This document shows positions 20,847 through 30,170 of a DNA stretch of 64,000 bases, piece after piece (position 1 is the stretch's first letter; each line of letters starts with the position of its first letter). Location of the stretch: contig DASSTF010000201.1 in assembly GCA_035708045.1 (NCBI GenBank), positions 5,295 to 69,294 of the forward strand. The letters run 5' to 3'. The DNA comes from Rhodanobacteraceae bacterium (GTDB lineage Bacteria; Pseudomonadota; Gammaproteobacteria; Xanthomonadales; Rhodanobacteraceae). Made by a program: the position numbers and the translations under genes. Below the pieces are notes generated by a model, which was not told the DNA's origin, ran no database searches, and saw only the letters and a list, made by a program, of their open reading frames with translations.

Positions 20847-21900
20847 TTTTGTCAACGACGGCCGTGGCATGGGCGCCTGCAACGTCAGAAACCTGACGCG
20901 TGCGGATGCAGGGCGTTGGGACGCTTTTGTCGAGGGCGCGCCGGAGGCCACGTTTTTCCATCGCGTCGCCTGGCGCGACATCATCGAGAACGGCCTCGGC
21001 CATCGCTGCCATTACCTGTATGCCGAAAGACAGGGCGTCATCACCGGGGTGCTGCCTCTGGCCGAGATCCGCAGCTGGCTGTTCGGGCATGCGCTGATTT
21101 CGACACCCTTCTGCGTCTATGGCGGCATGGTGGCAACGGATGCCGAGAGTGAAACGCGACTGACGGAGGAGGCGGTCGCCTTGGCCGACAAGTTGCACGT
21201 GGACTATCTCGAATTGCGCGATCGCCAACCGGATCACCCGGACTGGCCCGTCAAGGATTTGTACGTCAGCTTCCGCAAAGCGATCGAACCCGATCACGAC
21301 AGCAATCTCAAGGCGATCCCGCGCAAGCAGCGCGCCATGGTGCGCAAGGGCATCAAGGCCGGTCTCGAGGCGGATCACGAGGGCGACCTGGATGCGTTCT
21401 ACCGCGTGTATGCGGAGAGCGTGCGCAATCTCGGCACGCCGGTGTTGCCGCGCAAATACTACGCGCGGCTCAAGGAAACGTTCGGCGAGGATTGCGAGAT
21501 CACCGTCGTCTCCCATCAGGGAGAGCCGGTGGCCGCGGTCATGAGTTTTTATTTCCGCGACGAGGTGCATCCCTATTACGGTGGCAGCGTGTGGCGCGGC
21601 CGCGCGCTTGCCGCCAACGACTTCATGTATTGGGCGGTGATGCAGCGGGCGGTCGAACGCGGTGCGCGGCTGTTCGACTTCGGTCGCAGCAAGTACGGCA
21701 CCGGTTCCTGCGATTTCAAGAAGCACTGGGGTTTCGAGCCGCAGCCGCTGCCCTATGCCTATCACCTGGTGCGCGCCTCGCGCGTACCCAACATCAGCCC
21801 CACCAACGGCAAATACCGTTTGTTCATCAAGGCCTGGCAGCGCCTGCCGTTGCGGGTCAGTCGCACGCTGGGCCCGTGGTTGGCCAGGGATCTGGGCTAG
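20839..21900 (+). CDS. FemAB-related (GNAT-fold) protein, XrtA-system associated
   Basis: ATFFHRVAW, LISTPFCVYGG, RKQRAMVRKG and FDFGRSK...FKKHWG motifs. Confidence 0.88.
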   Translation: MLDFVNDGRGMGACNVRNLTRADAGRWDAFVEGAPEATFFHRVAWRDIIENGLGHRCHYLYAERQGVITGVLPLAEIRSWLFGHALISTPFCVYGGMVATDAESETRLTEEAVALADKLHVDYLELRDRQPDHPDWPVKDLYVSFRKAIEPDHDSNLKAIPRKQRAMVRKGIKAGLEADHEGDLDAFYRVYAESVRNLGTPVLPRKYYARLKETFGEDCEITVVSHQGEPVAAVMSFYFRDEVHPYYGGSVWRGRALAANDFMYWAVMQRAVERGARLFDFGRSKYGTGSCDFKKHWGFEPQPLPYAYHLVRASRVPNISPTNGKYRLFIKAWQRLPLRVSRTLGPWLARDLG

Positions 21901-21902
21901 CC

Positions 21903-23153
21903 ATGAGTTCACTGCTGTTTCTCTGCCATCGACTGCCGTGGCCGCCCGACAAGGGCGACAAGATCCGTTCGTACCATGTTCTGCGCCGTCTGGCCGAACA
22001 CCATCGCGTGTATCTGGGCGCGTACGTGGATGATCCGCGCGACTGGCGTTACGTGCCGGAGGTCAAGGCCGTGTGCGCGGGAACCTGCATCCGGCCCTTG
22101 CCGCCGTGGCAGGCGCGCGGGCGTGCGCTCGCAGCGCTGGCGCGCAGGGAAGCGCTCACGCTCGGCAGTTATCGCGACAGGATCATGCAGTATTGGGTCG
22201 ATGCGCTTGTGGCGGGGCGCAAGATCGATCTTGCGCTGTGTTATTCATCGGGCGTGGCGCCGCTGGTCATGCGCCATGCCGGGCTGCCCCGCGTGATGGA
22301 TTTCGTGGACGCCGATTCGGACAAATGGCAGCAGTATGCGCGGATCCGGCGCAGCCCCGCGCGCATGCTTTATCAGCGCGAGGCGGATCATCTTGCGGGG
22401 TTCGAGCGTGCGGTCGCCACGCAATTCGATGCCAGCGTGTTCGTCTCGCACGCCGAGGCGGCATTCTTTTGCCGCCAGGCGCCGGCACTGGCCGGCAAGG
22501 TGCACGGCATCGCCAATGGCGTCGACGCCACGTACTGGCATCCGCAGCGCGAATATCCCAATCCGTACGCCGCGGGCGAGCGGGTCGTGGTGTTCGTGGG
22601 GGCCATGGACTACCGCGCCAACGTGCATGCCGTGCATTGGTTCGTGCGCAAGGTGTGGCCGTCGATCGTGTCCCGTCAGCCGAATGCGCGTTTCTGCATC
22701 GTCGGATCGAATCCCGCGCGGTCGGTGCGCAAGCTGGGCGAGCGTGCGGGCATCACCGTGACAGGGCAGGTGGCCGATGTGCGCCCCTATCTGGCGCATG
22801 CGCATGTGGTGGCGGCTCCCTTGCGCGTTGCGCGAGGCATACAGAACAAGGTGCTTGAAGCACTGGCGATGGAAAAGGCGGTGCTGGCCACACCCGAGGC
22901 TTGGGAAGGCATCGAGGATTTTTCCGGCCGCAAGGGCTGCATCAGCGACGTGCCCGAAACCATGGCCGCCGAGGCCTTGCGCTGGCTTGCCGAGACACGG
23001 CCGGTTCGCGTACCGGCGGCCCGCGCCATGGTGATGTCCGACTATGACTGGGCGCACAACCTCGATGCGTACGAGGCCGTGCTGCAAAGCGCCCGATCCG
23101 GAAAAAACGTTCGACCCGCACGTGGCGCGCTGGCCAGCGAGGCGTGTTCATGA
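21903..23153 (+). CDS. GT4 glycosyltransferase (PEP-CTERM locus type)
   Basis: HRLPWPPDKGDKIRS, DFVDADSDKW, FVGAMDYRAN and RGIQNKVLEALA motifs. Confidence 0.9.
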   Translation: MSSLLFLCHRLPWPPDKGDKIRSYHVLRRLAEHHRVYLGAYVDDPRDWRYVPEVKAVCAGTCIRPLPPWQARGRALAALARREALTLGSYRDRIMQYWVDALVAGRKIDLALCYSSGVAPLVMRHAGLPRVMDFVDADSDKWQQYARIRRSPARMLYQREADHLAGFERAVATQFDASVFVSHAEAAFFCRQAPALAGKVHGIANGVDATYWHPQREYPNPYAAGERVVVFVGAMDYRANVHAVHWFVRKVWPSIVSRQPNARFCIVGSNPARSVRKLGERAGITVTGQVADVRPYLAHAHVVAAPLRVARGIQNKVLEALAMEKAVLATPEAWEGIEDFSGRKGCISDVPETMAAEALRWLAETRPVRVPAARAMVMSDYDWAHNLDAYEAVLQSARSGKNVRPARGALASEACS

Positions 23154-24715
23154 ACGTGCAGTTTGCCACCACGAGCGGCGCGATCGCGCGCATGTCCAGC
23201 TGGAGATTCGCGCTGGTCGCGTTTGCGGTTGCCGTGCTGGTGCTGTTTGCCTGCTATTGGCGGACCGCCGCGTCCCTGGTCTGGGTCTGGGGGCATGACG
23301 GAACCTACCAATATGCGTTCCTGATCTTTCCGCTCAGTGTGTGGGTGGCGTACGGCATGCGTCAGCGGTTGCGCGCATCTCCCCCGGTGCCGAGTGTCTG
23401 GGGCCTGGCCGCGGCGGCCGTTCTGGTGTGCATCTGGTACGCCGGCCATGCGTTGAGCATCAACCTGCTGCAGCATTTTGCGTTTGTCGCATTGTTTCCG
23501 GCGTTGGTGCTGACCTGCTGGGGCTGGCGTGCGTTGTGGACGTTGAAGTTTCCACTGGCCTACCTGGTCATTTTTGCGGTGCCCTGGGGCGATGGACTGG
23601 TCGGCCCGCTGCAGGACGTCACCGCGCGCATGGCGGTGCACGCGCTGGACTTGACCGGAACGCCGGTGCTGCTCAACGGCAGGGAGATCGTCACGCCTTC
23701 GGCGACCTGGATGGTGGAGCAGGCGTGCAGCGGCGTGAAGTTCTTCATCGCGTGCGTCGCACTCGGCAGCCTGTATGCCTACCTCATGTATCGGCGTCCG
23801 TGGAAACGGGTGGTGTTCGTGGTGTTGTCGGCGATCGTTCCCATCGTGGCCAACGGTTTGCGTGTGTACTTCACCATCCTGATCGGCGAGACATGGGGTC
23901 TGCATTACGCCACCGGCACCGATCATCTGGTATTCGGCTGGCAGTTCTTCGGCACGGTGCTGGTGGTGCTGCTGTTGCTTGGCTGGTTCTTCCGCGATCG
24001 CCTTGTTGCGGAGAAAACGGTGTCGGCAAAACCCGGCAAGCCGATCCGGATGCGTGCCGGCGTCTGGCTGGCGGCACTGGCACTGTTGGTTGCCGGGCCG
24101 GTACTCGCCGGAACGCTTGTCAGCGCCGTGCCGCCGAAAGCGCTTGCGCTTGTCGCACCCGACGTGACGGGCTGGCACGGGCCACAAATGGCGCGGAGCC
24201 ACTGGCAACCCGTTTTCCATGGTGCGGCAGGTCAGGTTCGAGCCGCTTATCGGACGACCACGGGCGACGGATCGATCGAACTGTTCCATGCCATCTACAC
24301 CGGCAAGCCGCGCAGCGGGCACAACCTGATCACCTACGGCAACAATGTCTACGATCCGTCCAAGGCGCGTATCCTTGCCTCTGCCGACCGACGTATCGAA
24401 CTTGCCGATGGCACGGCCGTCACGGCCAGGGAACTGCGCCTGTCCACGCCGCGGGGCGAACGGCTCGTGTGGTACTGGTACTGCGTGGATGGCCGCTGCA
24501 CGGCGTCGCCGGTGATGACCAAACTGCTGCAGGTGTGGCAGACATTGCGCGGTGGCATACCGCGATCCTCGGTGTGGGCGCTGTCGCTGCCGGTTGCACG
24601 CAACGCGGACGATCGCGCGCGCGCGACGCTGCGTGCGTTTGCACGCGTGATGCCCGATGCATCCGCGTTGCAATCCACCGGCAGCGCATCGGCCTTGGCG
24701 GGAGCGGCACGATGA
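23150..24715 (+). CDS. xrtA: Exosortase A with fused C-terminal EpsI domain
   Basis: About 8 TM domain with catalytic residues VEQACSG (Cys), ANGLR (Arg) and DHLVFGW (His). EpsI-like C-terminal domain (WQPVFHGA, LVWYWY). Confidence 0.9.
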   Translation: MNVQFATTSGAIARMSSWRFALVAFAVAVLVLFACYWRTAASLVWVWGHDGTYQYAFLIFPLSVWVAYGMRQRLRASPPVPSVWGLAAAAVLVCIWYAGHALSINLLQHFAFVALFPALVLTCWGWRALWTLKFPLAYLVIFAVPWGDGLVGPLQDVTARMAVHALDLTGTPVLLNGREIVTPSATWMVEQACSGVKFFIACVALGSLYAYLMYRRPWKRVVFVVLSAIVPIVANGLRVYFTILIGETWGLHYATGTDHLVFGWQFFGTVLVVLLLLGWFFRDRLVAEKTVSAKPGKPIRMRAGVWLAALALLVAGPVLAGTLVSAVPPKALALVAPDVTGWHGPQMARSHWQPVFHGAAGQVRAAYRTTTGDGSIELFHAIYTGKPRSGHNLITYGNNVYDPSKARILASADRRIELADGTAVTARELRLSTPRGERLVWYWYCVDGRCTASPVMTKLLQVWQTLRGGIPRSSVWALSLPVARNADDRARATLRAFARVMPDASALQSTGSASALAGAAR

Positions 24716-25905
24716 AACGTCGTCCGCTCATCGTTCACGTGCTTTACCGGCTGGACACCGGCGGCATGGAGCGCATCGTGGTTTCGCTGATCAACGGCAC
24801 CGGCGAACGCTACCATCATGCCGTGGTCAGCCTTACCGATTTCGGGGCCATGCGCGCGCAGATCGCGGATGCAACGGTACCCTGCGTGGCGCTGCGCAAG
24901 AAACCGGGCAAGGACTGGTTGTTTTATTTCCGCCTGTGGCGTGCCTTGCGACGGCTGAAGCCGGACATGGCGCAAACCTACAACATCGGCACGCTGGATC
25001 TGGGGCCGATCATCCGGCTGGCCGGCGTGCGTCGTCTGGTGCATGCCGAACATGGGCGCGATGCGGCCGACCCGATGGGCGACAGCCTCCGTTACAAACG
25101 TCTGCGCCGGTGGATGGCGCCGTTCATCGATCGCCACGTGGTCGTGTCTCCCGACCTGCAACGCTGGTTGATCGACGTTGTCGGTTTGCGTGCGGCCAGG
25201 GTCGCGTATATCGCCAATGGTGTGGCGCTCGACGCCTTCCATGCTGCAACACCGCGCTCGGGACAGCGACGGATATTGGGAGATTTCGCGCCGCCGGACA
25301 CGCTGCTGGTCGGCAACGTCGCGCGGCTTGACAAGGTCAAGGATCATGCGGGATTGCTGCGTGCGTTCCGGCACCTGACCACCGGGACCGAGGGCGACAA
25401 GTATCGTCTGGTCATCGTCGGCGACGGACCGCAACGCGGGGCGTTGGAGCGACAGGTTTCGGCGCTCGGTCTGGCACGGTCGGTGTGCCTTCTCGGCAAC
25501 CGCGGTGACGTCGCCGACCTGCTGGCCGAGTGCGACGTGTTCGTCCTGTCCTCCATTGCCGAGGGCATGCCGGTCACCCTGCTGGAGGCGATGGCCGCGC
25601 ACCTGCCGGTCGTGGCCACGGATGTCGGCGGCGTCGGCGCCGTGGTGGAAGCAGGCGTCACCGGCACGCTGGCGCCGCCGCGCGATCCGCGTGCATTGGC
25701 CGATGCACTCCACGCCTACCTCACCGATGCGGAACTGCGGCGTCGACATGGCGACGCCGGATACGCGCGCGTGGCGACACGCTTCAGCCTCGCCTCGATG
25801 ATCTCGGCATACACGGCGCTTTATGACGATGTGCTGGGCAAGCGCGCATGCGATGACGGGCATCGCGCCGTTGCCTCCAGCCTGGCCCGGCGCGAGGAGC
25901 ATTGA
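24712..25905 (+). CDS. GT4 glycosyltransferase (PEP-CTERM locus type)
   Basis: HVLYRLDTGGME, HAEHGRD, VARLDKVKDH and SIAEGMPVTLLEAMA (EX7E) motifs. Confidence 0.9.
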   Translation: MKRRPLIVHVLYRLDTGGMERIVVSLINGTGERYHHAVVSLTDFGAMRAQIADATVPCVALRKKPGKDWLFYFRLWRALRRLKPDMAQTYNIGTLDLGPIIRLAGVRRLVHAEHGRDAADPMGDSLRYKRLRRWMAPFIDRHVVVSPDLQRWLIDVVGLRAARVAYIANGVALDAFHAATPRSGQRRILGDFAPPDTLLVGNVARLDKVKDHAGLLRAFRHLTTGTEGDKYRLVIVGDGPQRGALERQVSALGLARSVCLLGNRGDVADLLAECDVFVLSSIAEGMPVTLLEAMAAHLPVVATDVGGVGAVVEAGVTGTLAPPRDPRALADALHAYLTDAELRRRHGDAGYARVATRFSLASMISAYTALYDDVLGKRACDDGHRAVASSLARREEH

Positions 25906-25906
25906 C

Positions 25907-27853
25907 ATGTGCGGCCTGGCCGGAATGGTGATGTCACGCCGTGGCGACATGGCCCATGAAAACACGCTCGTCGCCATGCGCGACGTGCAGCGTCACCGCG
26001 GTCCGGACGATGCCGGGTTGTATCTTGGCGCGGGCGTGGGACTTGCGCATCGCCGCCTGTCCATCATCGACCTTGGTCATGGCCATCAGCCGATGGTGGA
26101 CGATGCGGCCGGACTGGCGCTGATCTACAACGGCGAGCTGTACAACTTCGAGCAGCTCAGGACCGAACTGGAAGGGCAGGGCCATACGTTCGCGAGCCGT
26201 TGCGACACGGAAGTCCTGTTGCGGGCATGGCAACACTGGGGCGACCAGTGCCTGACCCGTCTGCGCGGCATGTTCGCGTTTGCGCTTTGGGACATGCGCG
26301 CCGAACGCATTTTCCTCGCGCGAGACCATGTCGGCATCAAGCCGCTCCATTACGGCTTCACCCGCCGCGGTGATCTGGTGTTTGCGTCCGAACTCAAGGG
26401 GCTGCTCGTGCATCCCGACGTGGAACGCCGCATCGATCCGCAGGCGCTGGAGGATTATCTGACGCTTGGCTACGTGCCCGATCCCAAGTGCATCTATCGC
26501 GGCATTTTCAAATTGCCGCCGGGATGCTGGCTGAGCTGGCGTGCGGGCGAGGGCGTACCGGTCGCGCGCCAGTACTGGGACGTGCCTTGCGCCGTCGACG
26601 ACAGCCTGGTCGAAGACGAAGCCGTCGCGCAGCTTCGGGACGTGCTGGACGACTCCGTGCTCGGACAGATGATGGCCGACGTGCCGCTCGGCGCGTTTCT
26701 CTCCGGCGGCGTGGATTCCAGTGCCGTCGTGGCCAGCATGGCGCGGCTGTCGCGTCGGCCCGTGCATACATACGCGATCGGCTTCGACCACGCGCGGTTC
26801 GATGAGACGGCCTATGCGCGGCAGGTTGCCGAACATCTGCACACGAACCACGTCGCGGAAACTGTCTGTGCGGACGACCACGACCTGATCGACACCCTGG
26901 CCGGCATCTACGACGAACCGTTCGCAGACAGCTCGGCGCTGCCGACCTGGCGTGTCTGCCAGCTGGCGCGCAGGCACGTCACGGTCGTGCTGTCGGGCGA
27001 TGGCGGCGACGAAAATTTTGCCGGCTATCGACGTTACCGCCTGCATGCGCTCGAAAGCGGCCTGCGCGCGCGCTTGCCGGCCGGACTGCGCAGATCCCTG
27101 TTCGGCACGCTGGGGAACCTCTACCCCAAGGCCGATTGGGCGCCCCGTCCGTTGCGCGCAAAGACCACGCTTGCGGCGCTGGCGCGCGACAACGTGGAAG
27201 CCTATTGCCACGGCGTCAGCACCACCTCGACAGCATGGCGCCGGCAACTTTGCAGTGCCGGCTTCAAACGCGAGCTGCAGGGTTACAGCACGCTCGACGT
27301 GTTTCGCACGCATGCCGGACACGCGCCCACCGAGCATCCGCTGTCCCTGGCCCAGTACCTCGATTTCAAGACGTGGTTGCCCGGCGACATCCTGACCAAG
27401 GTCGACCGCGCCAGCATGGCGCACAGCCTGGAGGTTCGCGTGCCCCTGCTCGATCATCGACTGGTGGCATGGGCTTCGTCGCTGCCGCCCCGCTTGAAGC
27501 TCAAGGGCGGCACGGGCAAGTACATTCTCAAGAAGGCGCTCGAACCGGACTTGCCGCGCGATGTGCTCTATCGCACCAAGATGGGCTTCAGCGTGCCCCT
27601 GGCGGCATGGTTGCGCGGGCCGCTCCGGAAGCGCACGCGCGACGCCCTGCTGACGGGCGCGATTGCCCGGTGCGGATATTTCGAGCCGACCGCACTCGAT
27701 CGGCTGCAACGCCAGCACGCCACGGGACAACACGACCACAGCGCGACATTGTGGAAGCTGCTGATGCTGGATGCGTTCCTGCGCCGCGTGGATCAGCCCG
27801 TGGCGCATGCCGATGCCGCGCATGTCGCCGCCGCGGCGGGAGCGTTGCCATGA
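25907..27853 (+). CDS. Asparagine synthase-like glutamine amidotransferase, XrtA-associated (intact Ntn Cys)
   Basis: Starts MCG. HRGPD, HRRLSIID, YNGELYN, LSGGVDSS, LSGDGGDE and KVDRASMAHSLEVRVP motifs. Confidence 0.92.
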   Translation: MCGLAGMVMSRRGDMAHENTLVAMRDVQRHRGPDDAGLYLGAGVGLAHRRLSIIDLGHGHQPMVDDAAGLALIYNGELYNFEQLRTELEGQGHTFASRCDTEVLLRAWQHWGDQCLTRLRGMFAFALWDMRAERIFLARDHVGIKPLHYGFTRRGDLVFASELKGLLVHPDVERRIDPQALEDYLTLGYVPDPKCIYRGIFKLPPGCWLSWRAGEGVPVARQYWDVPCAVDDSLVEDEAVAQLRDVLDDSVLGQMMADVPLGAFLSGGVDSSAVVASMARLSRRPVHTYAIGFDHARFDETAYARQVAEHLHTNHVAETVCADDHDLIDTLAGIYDEPFADSSALPTWRVCQLARRHVTVVLSGDGGDENFAGYRRYRLHALESGLRARLPAGLRRSLFGTLGNLYPKADWAPRPLRAKTTLAALARDNVEAYCHGVSTTSTAWRRQLCSAGFKRELQGYSTLDVFRTHAGHAPTEHPLSLAQYLDFKTWLPGDILTKVDRASMAHSLEVRVPLLDHRLVAWASSLPPRLKLKGGTGKYILKKALEPDLPRDVLYRTKMGFSVPLAAWLRGPLRKRTRDALLTGAIARCGYFEPTALDRLQRQHATGQHDHSATLWKLLMLDAFLRRVDQPVAHADAAHVAAAAGALP

Positions 27854-28866
27854 AAGGCTGCATTCTCGTATTCGGCATGCCACGTTCCGGAACCACGTGG
27901 GTCGGCAAATTGTTCGACAGCCATCCGGACACGCTCTACCGTCATGAGCCGGACAGCGTGCACCGCTTGAGCCTGCCGCTGTATCCCGATGAGGCATCCG
28001 CACGGTTCTACCGTCATGAGCTGGAGCAGTTCGTTGCCTCGCTGCCGCGCATGCGTTCGCCGGAAGTGGTGGGCAAGCAGCCGTTGTTCGCAAAGAGTTA
28101 CCAGTCCCGTGCAGCGCTTGCCGCGTATCGGGCGAGCGTCATCTTCGCCAAGGCGGCGAGCCGCGTGAAACGAAACTTTCCCTGCCCGTACCGGCCGACG
28201 GCCGACGGCACTGCGCAGGCACGGATCGTCTGGAAGTCGATCGAGTCGCCTGGACGTCTGGGAGCATGCATGGAGGCGCTCCCGAAGGCCCGCGCCATTC
28301 ACCTGATGCGCCATCCGTGCGGTTACGTCGCATCGCAATTGCGTGGCGCCGCGACCAAGCGTCTCAGCAATTCCGAGGCGGATGCGAACAATCCCTGGAC
28401 GCTGAAGATGCTGCTCGCAACGTCTGCCGGAAAAGCCCATGAACTCACGCTGGACGATGCCAGGCATCTGGCGCCGGAAGAACGGTTGGCATGGCGCTGG
28501 GTGTTGACCGAGGAAAAAATTCTTGCCGATGTCGCCCACGATCGACGTGTGCTCACGGTGCGCTATGAGGATGTCTGCGCGGAGCCCTTCACGATGACAC
28601 GAAAGATGTTCGAGTTCACCGGTCTCAACTGGCAAGCCCAGACCGGTGCGTTTGTCCGAGCAAGTACCGAGACCGTGCAGCGCGCGACGGACACGGATTA
28701 CTACAGCGTTTTCAAACCTTCGCAGGCGGCGGCGGAACGCTGGCGTTACGAGCTGGCGCCGGAGGTGATCGAGCGCATTCTGAGGATTCTGCGGATGAGC
28801 ACGTTGTCCCGTTTTTATCCCGATGATGTCGAGACGTCATCGGCGCTGCCGGAGGCCGAGGCATGA
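27850..28866 (+). CDS. Sulfotransferase family protein
   Basis: 5'-PSB loop FGMPRSGTTW, HEPD, 3'-PB-like LMRHPCGYVAS and VRYEDVC. Confidence 0.85.
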   Translation: MKGCILVFGMPRSGTTWVGKLFDSHPDTLYRHEPDSVHRLSLPLYPDEASARFYRHELEQFVASLPRMRSPEVVGKQPLFAKSYQSRAALAAYRASVIFAKAASRVKRNFPCPYRPTADGTAQARIVWKSIESPGRLGACMEALPKARAIHLMRHPCGYVASQLRGAATKRLSNSEADANNPWTLKMLLATSAGKAHELTLDDARHLAPEERLAWRWVLTEEKILADVAHDRRVLTVRYEDVCAEPFTMTRKMFEFTGLNWQAQTGAFVRASTETVQRATDTDYYSVFKPSQAAAERWRYELAPEVIERILRILRMSTLSRFYPDDVETSSALPEAEA

Positions 28867-30170
28867 AGGCGATGCCAGCCCATCACGCTGTCGATCACGT
28901 CGAGCCGACGCCCTGGGACGAGTGGTACGCGCGCTGGCATGGGGCCAGATTCGACGGCGCCATCGATGACCAACGCAAGATTCGCCTGCTGGTTTTCGCG
29001 AGCCTGTACCCGAATGCCATGCAGCCGCGCCACGGCGTGTTCGTCGAGGAACGGCTGCGCCATCTGGTCGAAACGGGCCGCGTCGAGGCGACCGTCGTGG
29101 CGCCGGTGCCGTGGTTTCCGTTTCGGCATCGATACTTCGGCGCCTACGCCGCCCTTGCGAACGTGCCGGAACGTGAACGGCGTTACGGCATCGATATCAT
29201 CCACCCCCGCTATCCCACGATTCCGAAATTCGGCACGGGCCTCGCACCGTCGCTCATGGTTCGCGCGTTGCTGCCGGTGTTGCGGAAACTGTGTGCGGGC
29301 GCGCCCGGATTCGACCTGATCGATGCGCATTACTTCTACCCGGACGGCGTGGCGGCGGCGAGGCTTGGCGCGATGCTGGGCAAACCGGTCGTGATCACGG
29401 CACGCGGCAGCGACGTCACGTTCATACCGCGCCATCGCGGGCCAAGGCGGAAAATCCAGTGGGCCGCCGAACATGCCGCGGCGGTCGTGACGGTATCGCG
29501 GGCGTTGAAGGGAAGACTGGTCGATCTGGACGTGGATTCCGGCAAGGTGACGGTATTGCGCAATGGCGTCGACCTCGAACAGTTCGGTCCGCGCGACCGC
29601 CTGAAAATCCGTGCGAGCCTCGGCCTCACCGGCCCCGTCTGGTTGACGGCAGGGCACCTGATTGAAATCAAGGGCGTCCACATTGCCATCGAGGCCCTGG
29701 CGGAGTTCCCGGATGTGACGCTTCTGATTGTCGGCAGCGGTCCGGAGGAACGCAGGCTGCGCGCCCTGGTCCAGCGGCTGGGGCTTGATTCGCGCGTGCG
29801 TTTCGTCGGCGCCGTGCCGCATGCGCAGCTGTGCGACTACTACAACGCGGCGGACGCCCTGATCCATGCGTCGAGCCGGGAAGGCATGCCCAATGTGGTG
29901 CTGGAATCGCTGGCGTGCGGCACGCCGGTCGTGGCTGCGCCGTTCGAGGGTGTGGCGGAATTGCTGGAAGCGCCGGATGCGGGCGAAATCGCCTCCGAGC
30001 GGAGCAAGGAAGCGATCGTCGCCGCTTGGATGTGGCTGCGCCGACGTGCGCCGACGCGCATCGCGACACGCCACGTCGCCGAACAACTGGGATGGGATCC
30101 GGTCGTGCAGGCACAGATCGAACTCTACGCCAGGGTGCTGGCGGCAACCACGAAAGGCAATGGGCCATGA
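28863..30170 (+). CDS. GT4 glycosyltransferase (TuaC-like)
   Basis: ASLYPN...HGVFVEERL, DAHYFYPDG, ITARGSD and SSREGMPNVVLESLA motifs. Confidence 0.88.
   Translation: MKAMPAHHAVDHVEPTPWDEWYARWHGARFDGAIDDQRKIRLLVFASLYPNAMQPRHGVFVEERLRHLVETGRVEATVVAPVPWFPFRHRYFGAYAALANVPERERRYGIDIIHPRYPTIPKFGTGLAPSLMVRALLPVLRKLCAGAPGFDLIDAHYFYPDGVAAARLGAMLGKPVVITARGSDVTFIPRHRGPRRKIQWAAEHAAAVVTVSRALKGRLVDLDVDSGKVTVLRNGVDLEQFGPRDRLKIRASLGLTGPVWLTAGHLIEIKGVHIAIEALAEFPDVTLLIVGSGPEERRLRALVQRLGLDSRVRFVGAVPHAQLCDYYNAADALIHASSREGMPNVVLESLACGTPVVAAPFEGVAELLEAPDAGEIASERSKEAIVAAWMWLRRRAPTRIATRHVAEQLGWDPVVQAQIELYARVLAATTKGNGP

Noticed and set aside
23341-24711. Long 5' extensions of ORFs 23341-25905, 21492-23153, 27136-28866, 29831-31480 and 31559-33796
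   Set aside because: These are open alternative frames over upstream genes, typical of high-GC DNA. Family motifs begin at downstream ATGs that abut or overlap the previous stop.
25934-28093. Long antisense ORFs (this 719-aa one, also 10240-11910, 49505-51313, 17283-18833 and others)
   Set aside because: Shadow ORFs opposite well-supported genes, with no recognisable motifs.
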